Assembly (NCBI GenBank): GCA_015064355.1
Contig: SVSJ01000011.1
Span: forward strand, 596 to 64,595
Length of the DNA stretch: 64,000 bases
Source: Oscillospiraceae bacterium
GTDB taxonomy: Bacteria; Bacillota; Clostridia; Oscillospirales; CAG-272
Direction of reading: 5' to 3'
The translations under genes were made by a program, and so were the position numbers. Shown piece by piece: positions 53,703 to 63,452 of this stretch. Within the stretch, counting starts at the first letter, position 1. The number at the start of each line of letters is the position of its first letter. A model generated the notes under the pieces. That model made no database searches and was not told the origin of the DNA. It saw only the letters and a program-made list of their open reading frames with translations.

Positions 53703-54071
53703 TTATTTGATTCCCTTGATGAGAGGAATGAGAGACATGAGCATAATAATGCCGACAAGTCCGATCACTACACCGAGGATCATATTGGACCAAACCATGC
53801 AGAAGCACATTCCAACACCGAGAGCAAGGGCGCCAACTACACCAAACAAAGTGAACAGCACGTTTTTCAGCTTGAACTTAATGGGAGCCTTGTTCTCCAT
53901 CTTTCTCCACACGAGAACGGTGATAAGACCGAGCACGATACCAACTGCACCGAAGATAACACCCTCCATAAATGCGTTCCACTCGGGAAGAAGGGCCATA
54001 CACATACCGAGAGCTAAGAGAACTCCGCTTACTGTTCCGAGAGTCATTGCTACAAAGCTGCTTTTTTTCAT
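53703..54071 (-). CDS. Small membrane protein (4 TM), unknown function
   Basis: Hydrophobic 122-aa ORF, divergent from the TetR gene. Confidence 0.5.
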   Translation of the reverse strand: MKKSSFVAMTLGTVSGVLLALGMCMALLPEWNAFMEGVIFGAVGIVLGLITVLVWRKMENKAPIKFKLKNVLFTLFGVVGALALGVGMCFCMVWSNMILGVVIGLVGIIMLMSLIPLIKGIK

Positions 54072-54234
54072 AATTATCTCCTTTCATTATCGCAACACTT
54101 GTTTTTTTATTGCAAATATAGTATAATATTTTTCGAGGACAAAAACAATAATCAATTTCGCAACAAGTGTTGGAATAATGTGTTTTTGATACCATCAATT
54201 TCGGAACAAGTGTTGGGATAAAGGAAGGATACGT

Positions 54235-54747
54235 ATGAACACAAAAAACAACAGGCGCCGCCGTGATTCCGTGGAAAAGATCGAACGGGCATTTATTGAG
54301 CTGCTTCAGACAAAGGAACTCAAGGACATTTCCGTAACCGATATTTGCAAAGAGACGGGGCTGAACCGCAGCACGTTTTACTCAAATTATCTGGACGTAT
54401 ACGATCTTGCCGACAAGGTTATAGAAAAGATCGAAGGGGAGTTCTTTGAGCTGTTCGACCACAAGCCCAACGAAAAGGACGGGGCTGTGATCATGTTCAC
54501 TCATATAAAGGAGAACCAGCTGTTCTTCAAGACATATTTCAAGCTGAATTACGATGAAAAGCACACGATCTACAACTATGACACAGAACGTGCAAGACGT
54601 GACTTCGGCGACAAGAATATAAAATATCACATTGAATTTTTCCGCAACGGCCTTAACGCTATAATCAAGCTGTGGCTTGCAGGCGGATGCGAGGAATCTC
54701 CCGAGGAGATCGCGGAAATTCTTAAGCAGGAATACCGCGGACGATAA
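54235..54747 (+). CDS. TetR/AcrR-family transcriptional regulator
   Basis: ISVTDICKETGLNRSTFYSNYLDVYDL helix-turn-helix. Confidence 0.8.
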   Translation: MNTKNNRRRRDSVEKIERAFIELLQTKELKDISVTDICKETGLNRSTFYSNYLDVYDLADKVIEKIEGEFFELFDHKPNEKDGAVIMFTHIKENQLFFKTYFKLNYDEKHTIYNYDTERARRDFGDKNIKYHIEFFRNGLNAIIKLWLAGGCEESPEEIAEILKQEYRGR

Positions 54748-54796
54748 TAAAAAACTCCCGATGAAGCAGGCTTCGCGTCGGGAGTCTTTGTTTTTA

Positions 54797-55357
54797 TCAG
54801 AGTAAATATCCGCCGGCAATTCCTATTACTGCGGAGAGGCAGATTATAAGAATGGGATGCACCTTCTTGAATGCAAGTACAGTTGAAAGTGCAAGGATTC
54901 CGGCAGACAGGTACAGGGACACGTCCTTGAAGATCTCAAGTGTTGGGCCGTTTGGAACGAACACCGTTGCCGCCATTGAGAGAAGTGCAGCGGCGATAAG
55001 CCCAACAACCGCCGGCTTGAGTCCGGACATGCAGCCCTTGACCCACTTGTTTTCCTTGAATTTTTCGTAGCACTTTGCCACGATCAGAATTATTACGAAT
55101 GAAGGGAGAACCACACCGAGGGTCGCGCAGAATGAGCCGAAAACACCGCCCATTTCAGAGCCGATATAGGTTGCGATGTTTATGGCAAAGGGACCCGGGG
55201 TAGACTCACTAACCGCAACGAAGTCAATGATCTGAGCCTCGCTCATCCAACCCTTTGAGATAACCGCATCTATAATGAGAGGCAGCATTGCATATCCGCC
55301 CCCAAAGGTGAAGGCGCCGATTTTCAGGAATGTGAAAAACAGTTCAAGATAAATCAT
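54797..55357 (-). CDS. chrA: Chromate transporter family protein (half-size)
   Basis: FTFGGGYAMLPLI motif. Paired with the upstream half (4-nt overlap). Confidence 0.8.
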   Translation of the reverse strand: MIYLELFFTFLKIGAFTFGGGYAMLPLIIDAVISKGWMSEAQIIDFVAVSESTPGPFAINIATYIGSEMGGVFGSFCATLGVVLPSFVIILIVAKCYEKFKENKWVKGCMSGLKPAVVGLIAAALLSMAATVFVPNGPTLEIFKDVSLYLSAGILALSTVLAFKKVHPILIICLSAVIGIAGGYLL

Positions 55358-55926
55358 TTGCTCTCTCCTTTCTTCTCGCGATCAGATACAACAAGAGAGG
55401 ACACAAGTCCGATTACAGCGCACAGAATAATAACGTAAAGTACGTTAATATCAAAGAACGCGGTGATTACGAATGCGAGAGCCATAATAATATACGCCAC
55501 AAGCCCTTTAGGAGCTTTTTTATACATTGTAACAAGGGCTTTCAGCACCAAGGCAAGGACACCTGCGCGGATGCCGTTGAATGCGTAGCGGACTACAGCG
55601 ATATGGTTAAACTCACGGAGCAAGTAAGAGATGGCAAGGATGATGCAGAATGACGGAACAACAACGCCCAGAGTTGCACAAAACGCGCCGAAGAATCCGG
55701 CTGTGCGGTATCCGACGAAGGTAGCGGAATTTATAGCGATAGGGCCGGGGGTAGATTCAGCGATAGCAATGATCTCGAGAATATCGTCGTCTGTTATCCA
55801 CTTTTTGTTTTCAACAGTTTCCTTCTGGATCAGGGAGATCATTGCGTATCCGCCACCAAAGGTGAACGCACCGATCTTGAAAAACGTAATAAAAAGCTGC
55901 CAACACAGCTTTAGCTTTTGTTTCAT
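55354..55926 (-). CDS. chrA: Chromate transporter family protein (half-size)
   Basis: FTFGGGYAMISLI motif. Confidence 0.8.
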   Translation of the reverse strand: MKQKLKLCWQLFITFFKIGAFTFGGGYAMISLIQKETVENKKWITDDDILEIIAIAESTPGPIAINSATFVGYRTAGFFGAFCATLGVVVPSFCIILAISYLLREFNHIAVVRYAFNGIRAGVLALVLKALVTMYKKAPKGLVAYIIMALAFVITAFFDINVLYVIILCAVIGLVSSLVVSDREKKGESK

Positions 55927-56038
55927 TTTTATTCCTTTCGATGGGTATTTTCCTTATTATACACCACCCGCGGCAGAATTTCAACCAATAACAAAAAACT
56001 CCCCGAAGGGAGTTTTGTTTATATGTTTCAGTTAAGCT

Positions 56039-57694
56039 TTACGCGGTCTTCTTGTTTGTAATTGCCTTGATAACGAAGAGGGTCGCGATCGTGAGCACGA
56101 TACCGAGGGGCAGGCAGATCCAGATGTTCTGAACAAATCCGGAGATTGCGAACATTACGAAAGAAATTCCTGCAACGGTAATCGCGTAAGGCATCTGTGT
56201 AGATACGTGGTTGAGGTGGTTGCACTGGCCGCCGGCAGAGGACATAATGGTCGTGTCGGAGATGGGGGAGCAGTGGTCACCGCAAACAGCACCTGCGAGG
56301 CACGCGGACATACCGATAATGAGAAGCTCGCTGCCTACGGGGAAGATAGCTGTAACGATGGGGATAAGAATACCGAATGTACCCCAGGATGTACCTGTTG
56401 CAAATGCGAGAACGCAAGCAACCAGGAAGATGATTGCGGGGAGGAATGCGCCGAGAGTTTCAGCGTTACCTGCCATAAGGTCACCAACGTAGTACTTCGC
56501 ACCGAGAAGAGATGTCATATTCTTAAGAGATGTTGCGAATGTAAGGATAAGGATCGCGGGAACCATTGCGATAAAGCCCTGGGGAACGCATTCCATAGCT
56601 TCCTTAAGAGAAACAACACCACGGATGAGCAAATAAACGATAATAAGAGCGAGAGCGATAAGGCAGCCCCAAGGGAGACCAACAGTTGCGTCGGTGTTAG
56701 CGAAAGCGTCAACGAAGTTAGCACCGTCGAAGATACCGCCAACGTAAACGAGGCCGAGGAGGCAGAAGCCGATAAGGAGAATGATCGGGATAACAAGGTC
56801 GATAACTCTGCCCTTTGTGGAAGGAATAACCTGAGCAGCTTCGTTCTTGTCGCCGCTTGTGTAAAGGTCACCGTTCTGGAGCGCGTTGAGCTCGTGAAGC
56901 TTCATGGGGCCGTAGTCGAACTTCATAAGGCAGATAGCAACGATGAATACGAGTGTCAGAAGGGAGTAGAAATTGTAAGGAATAGCCTTAATAAAGAGAG
57001 CAAGACCCTGACCGTCTTCAGCATAGCTTGCAACTGCAGCAGCCCAAGAGGAAATGGGAGCGATCATACAAACAGGAGCAGCGGTTGCGTCGATTATGTA
57101 AGCGAGCTTTGCACGGGAGATCTTCTTGGAGTCTGTTACCGGACGCATAACGGAGCCTACTGTGAGACAGTTGAAATAGTCGTCAACGAAGATCAGAACA
57201 CCAAGAAGGAATGTAGCGAGCATTGCGCCAACACGGGACTTGATGTGAGTCTTTGCCCAGTTACCGAATGCAGCGGATCCGCCGGCCTTATTGATAAGAG
57301 CAACGATGATACCAAGCTCAACGAGGAAGATGAAAATACCTGCTGTGCCGGATACAGCGGAAATGAGACCGTCGTTAATAACGCTGTCTATGGTTCCTGT
57401 AAAGGAGAAGCTTGCGCTCATAAGACCACCGGCAAGAATACCGATGAAGAGAGAGCTGTAAACTTCCTTTGTAATAAGAGCCAAGCCGATAGCGATAACA
57501 GGCGGAAGAATAGCCCAGAGAGTACCGCGAACAACACCTTCGCCGCCGCAGGTTTCACAAGAGAGATCAGCAGCCGTGCCGCAGTCGGGACAGGTAACTG
57601 TGCCGTTTGCCGCACCTGTTACACCGGCGTAAACCATGGCTGCAATTATGATCACTATTGCAACAGCAAGGGTGATCTTCTTTGTTTTTGTCAT
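56039..57694 (-). CDS. NhaC-family Na+/H+ antiporter with an N-terminal TM + zinc-ribbon extension
   Basis: ATG at 57694 behind GGAGG. CPDCGTAADLSCETCGGEG after the first TM. The polytopic remainder is NhaC-like. Confidence 0.65.
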   Translation of the reverse strand: MTKTKKITLAVAIVIIIAAMVYAGVTGAANGTVTCPDCGTAADLSCETCGGEGVVRGTLWAILPPVIAIGLALITKEVYSSLFIGILAGGLMSASFSFTGTIDSVINDGLISAVSGTAGIFIFLVELGIIVALINKAGGSAAFGNWAKTHIKSRVGAMLATFLLGVLIFVDDYFNCLTVGSVMRPVTDSKKISRAKLAYIIDATAAPVCMIAPISSWAAAVASYAEDGQGLALFIKAIPYNFYSLLTLVFIVAICLMKFDYGPMKLHELNALQNGDLYTSGDKNEAAQVIPSTKGRVIDLVIPIILLIGFCLLGLVYVGGIFDGANFVDAFANTDATVGLPWGCLIALALIIVYLLIRGVVSLKEAMECVPQGFIAMVPAILILTFATSLKNMTSLLGAKYYVGDLMAGNAETLGAFLPAIIFLVACVLAFATGTSWGTFGILIPIVTAIFPVGSELLIIGMSACLAGAVCGDHCSPISDTTIMSSAGGQCNHLNHVSTQMPYAITVAGISFVMFAISGFVQNIWICLPLGIVLTIATLFVIKAITNKKTA

Positions 57695-57805
57695 AATGTC
57701 CTCCAAAAATTTGTAAGAGTTGGAATAATTATAACACCGTTTGATTAATTATGCAATAGATAATTGAAAAAACTTGAATATTTCGCGCATTTTCTGTGTA
57801 TTTTT

Positions 57806-57852
57806 GCAAAAAACAAAACCCCGGAGCGATCCGAGGTTTTTTGATTTCGTTT
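57806..57852 (-). terminator. 47-bp terminator-like repeat, copy 1
   Basis: gcaaaaaacaaaaccccggagcgatccgaggttttttgatttcgttt is identical to 59875-59921. It has a short GNRA-looped stem with flanking A/T runs. Confidence 0.5.
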
Positions 57853-58687
57853 ATTTCTTACGGTTGGATATAAGCACTGTCGCGATAAGAATTATTATCA
57901 GCACTACGCCAACGCCCAATATATTATACTCTGCTGTTCCCGCATTATCACCGGCAGACTTAAAAATCAAGAAGGTTGCAAGAATGCAAAGGGATTCGGC
58001 TGCAACCAAAACACTATAAAGCAGCTCTCCGCTGATCTGAAGAAAACCTTTAAAGAATTTACCACTGCAATTTCTAAGCCTACCATCTATCAAAGCAAGC
58101 ACAGCAGATATTCCGATAAGTATAGCTATGTATACAATGAAATTCAGCCATGACGGAAGCCCCGCTGTAAGAATGCTAACTCTTCTTGTAAGGCCGGCTG
58201 CCGACAAAACGCCACAAAATGCTATTAATGCTACAGCAATTATGTCTATTAACCAACTAAAACCTTTTCCAAATATCCCTGAGACTTTTCTGTTCATATT
58301 TCTGGCCATTGCCAAATACAATTTCATCGGTACGGAAACGGATATAGATGCCATCACGGCGGTCAATATCAGGTTTACTGCAACCGCACTTGTGAACATA
58401 TCAGGGGAATACTCTACAGAACTGATCTTGCAGATCAATTCCATACCTACACTGAATATCGTGCCAAAAATGCCCCAGCCGCTAACGACTTCAATTCCAT
58501 AATAACCATAATCTGCACCAAGTACATTATTAACCAGCGTTTCAAAGCTTCCCGCACCCAGTGCCAATTCGGGAGCATCATAATATCCTATTAAACTGCA
58601 TCCCCATAATACAAGAAGCATTATCATTACTGTTAATGTCAGTTTTACAAATCCCGATAAAAACACACCTACAGTACCTTTATACAT
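57851..58687 (-). CDS. Polytopic membrane protein, unknown function
   Basis: 278 aa with about 7 hydrophobic segments. Confidence 0.5.
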   Translation of the reverse strand: MYKGTVGVFLSGFVKLTLTVMIMLLVLWGCSLIGYYDAPELALGAGSFETLVNNVLGADYGYYGIEVVSGWGIFGTIFSVGMELICKISSVEYSPDMFTSAVAVNLILTAVMASISVSVPMKLYLAMARNMNRKVSGIFGKGFSWLIDIIAVALIAFCGVLSAAGLTRRVSILTAGLPSWLNFIVYIAILIGISAVLALIDGRLRNCSGKFFKGFLQISGELLYSVLVAAESLCILATFLIFKSAGDNAGTAEYNILGVGVVLIIILIATVLISNRKK

Positions 58688-58716
58688 AGATATATCTCCT
58701 GTTGTGAAAATAATTT

Positions 58717-59388
58717 TTAGTTTACTGAAAGGAGCTCATCGGCCTTTCTCTTAAGCTCATCCAGTCTGTTCGTTATTGCTCTCTCGGCAGGATCATACTT
58801 TTCAGTTTTCCATTCTTTCCAAACAGCATAGTCCTTTTCGTAATCCTTGTTCTTTTTCTCCATATGCTTTTTGTTTGTAAATTTTGCCAATGGATTGAGC
58901 GCATACGCAATATTTACAACAGATTCAGGCAAGAATTCGGTGTTGTAATCCACGGGTTTCTTAGGTTTCTTGGGCCCTCCCGACGGTACCCAAGACTTTG
59001 ATTTATACCTTTTATACAGGGTAAAGTATTCATCCTCAAGTTTAGTGATTTCATCATAATGTGCAATGTTTTTATTTCGGCGAAAAGCCAGCTTAACATA
59101 ATTGGTTGTTTCTGTAATGCTAACAAGATCACCAAAACCGCCGAACTCTCTCTCGAGATGAGAATCGGCTGTATCGATTGTTTGAGATGAAACAAACTCC
59201 CATCCAAACGCCTCATAGTTATCTATAGTAGCCTGCTCTTCATCCGGGTGGATCTTCAGAGAAGTAGACTCCCATCTTTCCGATTTTTGAACCTGCACCG
59301 GTGCAGGAACATCGTCTTGAGAAGCTCCACATGACGGGCAAAATCTTGCCCCATCCCCAATATTTGCGCCGCACTGTCTGCAAAACAT
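58717..59388 (-). CDS. Zinc-ribbon protein of unknown function
   Basis: N-terminal FCRQCGANIGDGARFCPSCGA. The rest is Lys/Glu-rich and unassigned. Confidence 0.55.
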   Translation of the reverse strand: MFCRQCGANIGDGARFCPSCGASQDDVPAPVQVQKSERWESTSLKIHPDEEQATIDNYEAFGWEFVSSQTIDTADSHLEREFGGFGDLVSITETTNYVKLAFRRNKNIAHYDEITKLEDEYFTLYKRYKSKSWVPSGGPKKPKKPVDYNTEFLPESVVNIAYALNPLAKFTNKKHMEKKNKDYEKDYAVWKEWKTEKYDPAERAITNRLDELKRKADELLSVN

Positions 59389-59531
59389 ATTATTACTCCT
59401 CCATAATAATGCTTTAGTTTATGTAAACCTTGTAAGGTCCCAAACTATTTTAACCTATTTCAGGTTAAAAGTCAATACCCTGATACAGATTAATCTATAA
59501 TATTTACATAACGAATGGGGGAAAATCATAT

Positions 59532-59744
59532 ATGTACCGCAGAATAAGAGACTTGCGCGAAGATCGGGATCTTAACCAAACACAAGTGGCAAAAATGCTT
59601 GGAATGTCGCAAACCGGGTACTCAAAATATGAAACAGGGGAAAACGATATTCCCACAGCAATTCTTATCAAATTAGCACGTTTTTATGACACCAGCATCG
59701 ACTATCTCCTGGGCGAAACAAATGAGAAAAAACGTTACAAATAA
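59532..59744 (+). CDS. Small XRE-family helix-turn-helix regulator
   Basis: LREDRDLNQTQVAKMLGMSQTGYSKYETGENDIPTAILIKLARFYDTSIDYLLG. Confidence 0.8.
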   Translation: MYRRIRDLREDRDLNQTQVAKMLGMSQTGYSKYETGENDIPTAILIKLARFYDTSIDYLLGETNEKKRYK

Positions 59745-59874
59745 CACAAATTCTGTATGTAACTAGAGATCGACCGCTTTATTTGTTCAGTCATTATGGA
59801 TTGCAAAAAAACCCAGACCCTATAAGTTTATCTTTTCACAAAGCAAACAAAATAATTATTTATACTCATTTGGC

Positions 59875-59921
59875 GCAAAAAACAAAACCCCGGAGCGATC
59901 CGAGGTTTTTTGATTTCGTTT
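59875..59921 (-). terminator. 47-bp terminator-like repeat, copy 2
   Basis: Identical to 57806-57852. It lies immediately after the SDR gene stop. Confidence 0.5.
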
Positions 59922-59924
59922 CAG

Positions 59925-60776
59925 TTATACACCGGAGTAAGCAGAGAAGCCGCCGTCGATGGGAAGAACCACGCCGGTGATAAAGCTTGCCGCTTCGTTG
60001 TTGATAAGGAAGAGAAGTCCTCCGTCAAGCTCTGTGGATTCGCCAAATCTGCCCATGGGAGTTGCAGCCAGGATCTTGCCTGTACGTGCTGTGGGTGTGC
60101 CGTCATCGTTCCAGAGAAGCTTTGCGTTCTGCTTGGTGGAGAAGAAGCCGGGAGCGATTGCGTTAACGCGGATACCCACCTTGGAGAAGTGAACTGCCAG
60201 CCACTGTGTGAAGTTGGAGATAGCAGCCTTAGCACCGGAGTACGCAGGGATCTTTGTAAGGGGAGTATATGCGTTCATTGAGGAGATGTTTATTATGTTG
60301 CATCCCTCTCTGCCAACCATCTGGCGGGCAAATGCCTGTGTGGGGATCAGTGTGCCGAGGAAGTTAAGGTTGAACACGAAGCCAACGCCGGATGCGTCAA
60401 GGTCAAAGAAGGACTTTGTGTCAGCGTCGATATCACCGATCTCGAAGTATTCCTTATCGGTTGTTGCCTTGGGGTTGTTGCCGCCTGCACCGTTAATGAG
60501 AATATCGCAGGGACCCAGATCAAAACGCACCTGTTCAGCTACAGCATAGCAGATCTCCTTGTCAAGGACGTTGCAAGCGTATGCCTTTGCGATGCCGCCC
60601 TCTGCGGTGATCTGATCTGCGTAAATCTTTGCTGCTTCTTCGTTAAGGTCGAGAAGCGCTACCTTTGCGCCCGCTCTTGCAAGAGTTGCGGCAAATGCAG
60701 AGCAAAGCACTCCGCCCGCACCTGTTACGACTGCAACCTTACCTGTAAGATCTGTATTCAAAACATTCTTGTTCAT
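59925..60776 (-). CDS. SDR-family oxidoreductase, probably the mannonate/fructuronate reductase partner of UxuA
   Basis: VAVVTGAGGVLC (TGxxxGxG-type), YSGAKAA (YxxxK), adjacent to uxuA. Confidence 0.7.
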   Translation of the reverse strand: MNKNVLNTDLTGKVAVVTGAGGVLCSAFAATLARAGAKVALLDLNEEAAKIYADQITAEGGIAKAYACNVLDKEICYAVAEQVRFDLGPCDILINGAGGNNPKATTDKEYFEIGDIDADTKSFFDLDASGVGFVFNLNFLGTLIPTQAFARQMVGREGCNIINISSMNAYTPLTKIPAYSGAKAAISNFTQWLAVHFSKVGIRVNAIAPGFFSTKQNAKLLWNDDGTPTARTGKILAATPMGRFGESTELDGGLLFLINNEAASFITGVVLPIDGGFSAYSGV

Positions 60777-60797
60777 AATTTTTCTCTCCTTATTGTA

Positions 60798-61853
60798 TTA
60801 TTTCTTTGCTGCCTTTTCGCAAGCCTCGAACATACCGTTGATGTATGTTGCGCCAAGCGCTCTGTCGAACAGCCCATAGCCGGGCTTACCGGTTTCGCCC
60901 CAGATCATTCTGCCGTGGTCAGGACGAACATATCCGTCGAATCCGTTGTCAACCAGTGCCTTTACGATGTCGTATACATCGAGGGAGCCGCAGGAAGAAA
61001 GATGTGCTCTTTCTTCAAAGGAGCCGTCTTCCATGATCTTTACGTTACGGATGTGCATAAACGCGATGCGATCCCATTCAGCGTACTTGCGTACCATTGC
61101 GGGAATATCGTTGCTTGCCGCGCAGCCAAGGCTACCTGTGCAGAGGCAGAGGCTGTTTGCGGGGGAATCGTAAAGCTTAAGGAATCTGTCAAGATTCTCT
61201 TCGCAAGTGATAATGCGGGGGAGACCGAAAATGGGGTACGGCGGATCATCGGGGTGGATCGCCATTCTTACACCGCACTCTTCAGCAACGGGAATAACCT
61301 TCTTAAGGAACTTTTCAAGATTTGCCCAAAGTCCCTCTTCACCGATCTCGCCGTAAGCAGTGATCAGCTCGCGTACTTCTTCCTGTGTATAGCTGGAGTC
61401 CCAACCGGGAAGGTGGATATCGTCCTTGAGGGGGTCGAGGCCGCGCATCTGATCCCAGTACATTACAAGGCTGGTGGATCCGTCGGGTGCCTTTTTGTCA
61501 AGCTGTGTACGGGTCCAGTCGAAAACGGGCATGAAGTTGTATGTCACGCACTTTACACCGCACTTTGCGCAGCGGCGGATGTTCTCGCAGTACACTTCAA
61601 GGAGCTCGTCTACATTGTTTCTGCCAAGCTTGATATCCTCGTGAACGGGGATAGACTCAACGATATCGAAGATGAGACCGTGTTCCTCACACTGCTTCTT
61701 CATTTTTGCCAGGCTTTCTTCGGGCCATACCTCACCGGGCTTTACGTCATAAACCGCAGATACCACGGAACGCATACCGGGAATCTGGGAAATGTATTCG
61801 AGAGAAACGGGGTCCCCCTCTCCATACCAGCGAAATGAAAGTTTGATACTCAT
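60798..61853 (-). CDS. uxuA: Mannonate dehydratase
   Basis: N-terminal MSIKLSFRWYGEGDPVSLEYISQIPGM is characteristic of the family. About 350 aa. Confidence 0.85.
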   Translation of the reverse strand: MSIKLSFRWYGEGDPVSLEYISQIPGMRSVVSAVYDVKPGEVWPEESLAKMKKQCEEHGLIFDIVESIPVHEDIKLGRNNVDELLEVYCENIRRCAKCGVKCVTYNFMPVFDWTRTQLDKKAPDGSTSLVMYWDQMRGLDPLKDDIHLPGWDSSYTQEEVRELITAYGEIGEEGLWANLEKFLKKVIPVAEECGVRMAIHPDDPPYPIFGLPRIITCEENLDRFLKLYDSPANSLCLCTGSLGCAASNDIPAMVRKYAEWDRIAFMHIRNVKIMEDGSFEERAHLSSCGSLDVYDIVKALVDNGFDGYVRPDHGRMIWGETGKPGYGLFDRALGATYINGMFEACEKAAKK

Positions 61854-61899
61854 ACATTTATCCTCCGATTATTATCATAATTAGTTTTCGTTGTGGAAT

Positions 61900-63129
61900 T
61901 TATCGCTCAAAAAATGATTCTCTGTATTCCTTGGGGGTCATGCCCGTGGTCTTCTTAAATATTTTCGAGAAATAGTGCACGTCCAGTATGCCGCAATTCT
62001 GGGCAATGGTCTGCACCTGCATTTTTGTGGTTTCCAGAAGCTGCATAGCCCTCTTGATCCTCTTGCCGTTAACGTATTCAGTCAAGGTCTCGCCCACTTC
62101 CTGCTTAAACAAAGCCGAAAGATAGCTGGGGCTGATGTTCTGCATTGTTGCCAAGGCACTCAGAGTAAGGTTTGCCGTAAGGTCAAAGTCAATAGTGGCG
62201 ATCACCTTCTGAATGGGCGGCGAATAATTCTTCATTGAATGCTTCCGCACCAGTCTGCAGTAGGAACGGAACATTTCACCCATTAGCTCCTCCGCCTCCG
62301 CAAGGGTTGTGAGAGCCTCGATCTTGAACGCAAATCCCGAGGAGATGCTGTCAAGGTACACCGGGTGAACGCCACCGCTTTCCGCTGCCTTGCGAAGAAG
62401 CGTGTTCATTATTATACTGTAATTCTTTGCGTTGCGAACAGGGTCGGCAGTTCTTTCTTCAAAATGCATTGAAGAGAATGTGGACATAATAAGCTCCGTC
62501 TTTTGAAGCTGACCCTGGGCAACTGCCTGCATCAGCTCGTTTTCAAAAGCGTATCTCTGCTCCATTATCTTCATGTTGAGAGTTGCTTTTTCCTGGTCGG
62601 TTGGGTCTCTCCTGATCTGTATCGGGCTGAATCCGCCGGACATCTCATAGTTAAGATCAACCGTCGAAAAGTTCCCCTCACCCCAGATCCGCTCAGCCAG
62701 CGTCTCAAGCATTGCATAAATATGGCTTCCCACCTGAACATACGGAACGCTCAAAAGCAGATTCTCGATTTCCCGCCGGCTTTTGTCTCCGGTGTATTTT
62801 CTCGATATCTCGCTGATCGTCTTGTCGGTCATCTCCCTTTGTGAATACGGTCCGACAACAAGTATCTTCTTTTCGTCGGACTCCACATCCCCGGGAAGAA
62901 CCATGAACACAAATGACAGAGAAAGGGAGTCTGTGAGCTTATAGATCGTGTTTCCTTTAAAATTTTGAGAGTAGCTTTGCAAGAACACCACGTCTCTTTT
63001 GGTGAGAAGCTCTTTCCCGAAATCCCCAATGGGGTCTTCAATAGTACCGACTGAATTAATAAGCATAGTATTGATTCTGCACTTCTTCAGAACAGCTCTG
63101 AAAATATCGAGCTCTGCCTCGTAAAACAC
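61900..63129 (-). CDS. AraC-family transcriptional regulator
   Basis: C-terminal double HTH: ISPSYLSALFKQEVGETLTEYVNGKRIKRAMQLLETTKMQVQTIAQNCGILDVHYFSKIFKKTTGMTPKEYR. GTG start behind GGAGG. Confidence 0.8.
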   Translation of the reverse strand: MFYEAELDIFRAVLKKCRINTMLINSVGTIEDPIGDFGKELLTKRDVVFLQSYSQNFKGNTIYKLTDSLSLSFVFMVLPGDVESDEKKILVVGPYSQREMTDKTISEISRKYTGDKSRREIENLLLSVPYVQVGSHIYAMLETLAERIWGEGNFSTVDLNYEMSGGFSPIQIRRDPTDQEKATLNMKIMEQRYAFENELMQAVAQGQLQKTELIMSTFSSMHFEERTADPVRNAKNYSIIMNTLLRKAAESGGVHPVYLDSISSGFAFKIEALTTLAEAEELMGEMFRSYCRLVRKHSMKNYSPPIQKVIATIDFDLTANLTLSALATMQNISPSYLSALFKQEVGETLTEYVNGKRIKRAMQLLETTKMQVQTIAQNCGILDVHYFSKIFKKTTGMTPKEYRESFFER

Positions 63130-63452
63130 GCCCGCACCTCCACCTTAAAATTTTACCAAAAAAATCAATCATTTTGTAACATTTTGACTCGAAATTTGTG
63201 TTAATTCACAAAATATTCTACCAAACAAGTGATGATTTATTACCATTATAATACACAATTATATATATTTCAACGGTATGGAGGTGTTTTTATAAAAATT
63301 TTACAAAAACAACTTAAAATATTCCTCACGAAAAAAACAAAAATCCTTTATACTTAATTTGTAGATTCGACATTTTAACGGTCTTTTAATTACCCAGCGC
63401 GGTAATTTTATAAAATTTACATAAATTTCAAGAAAAGAGGTAAACACGCATC

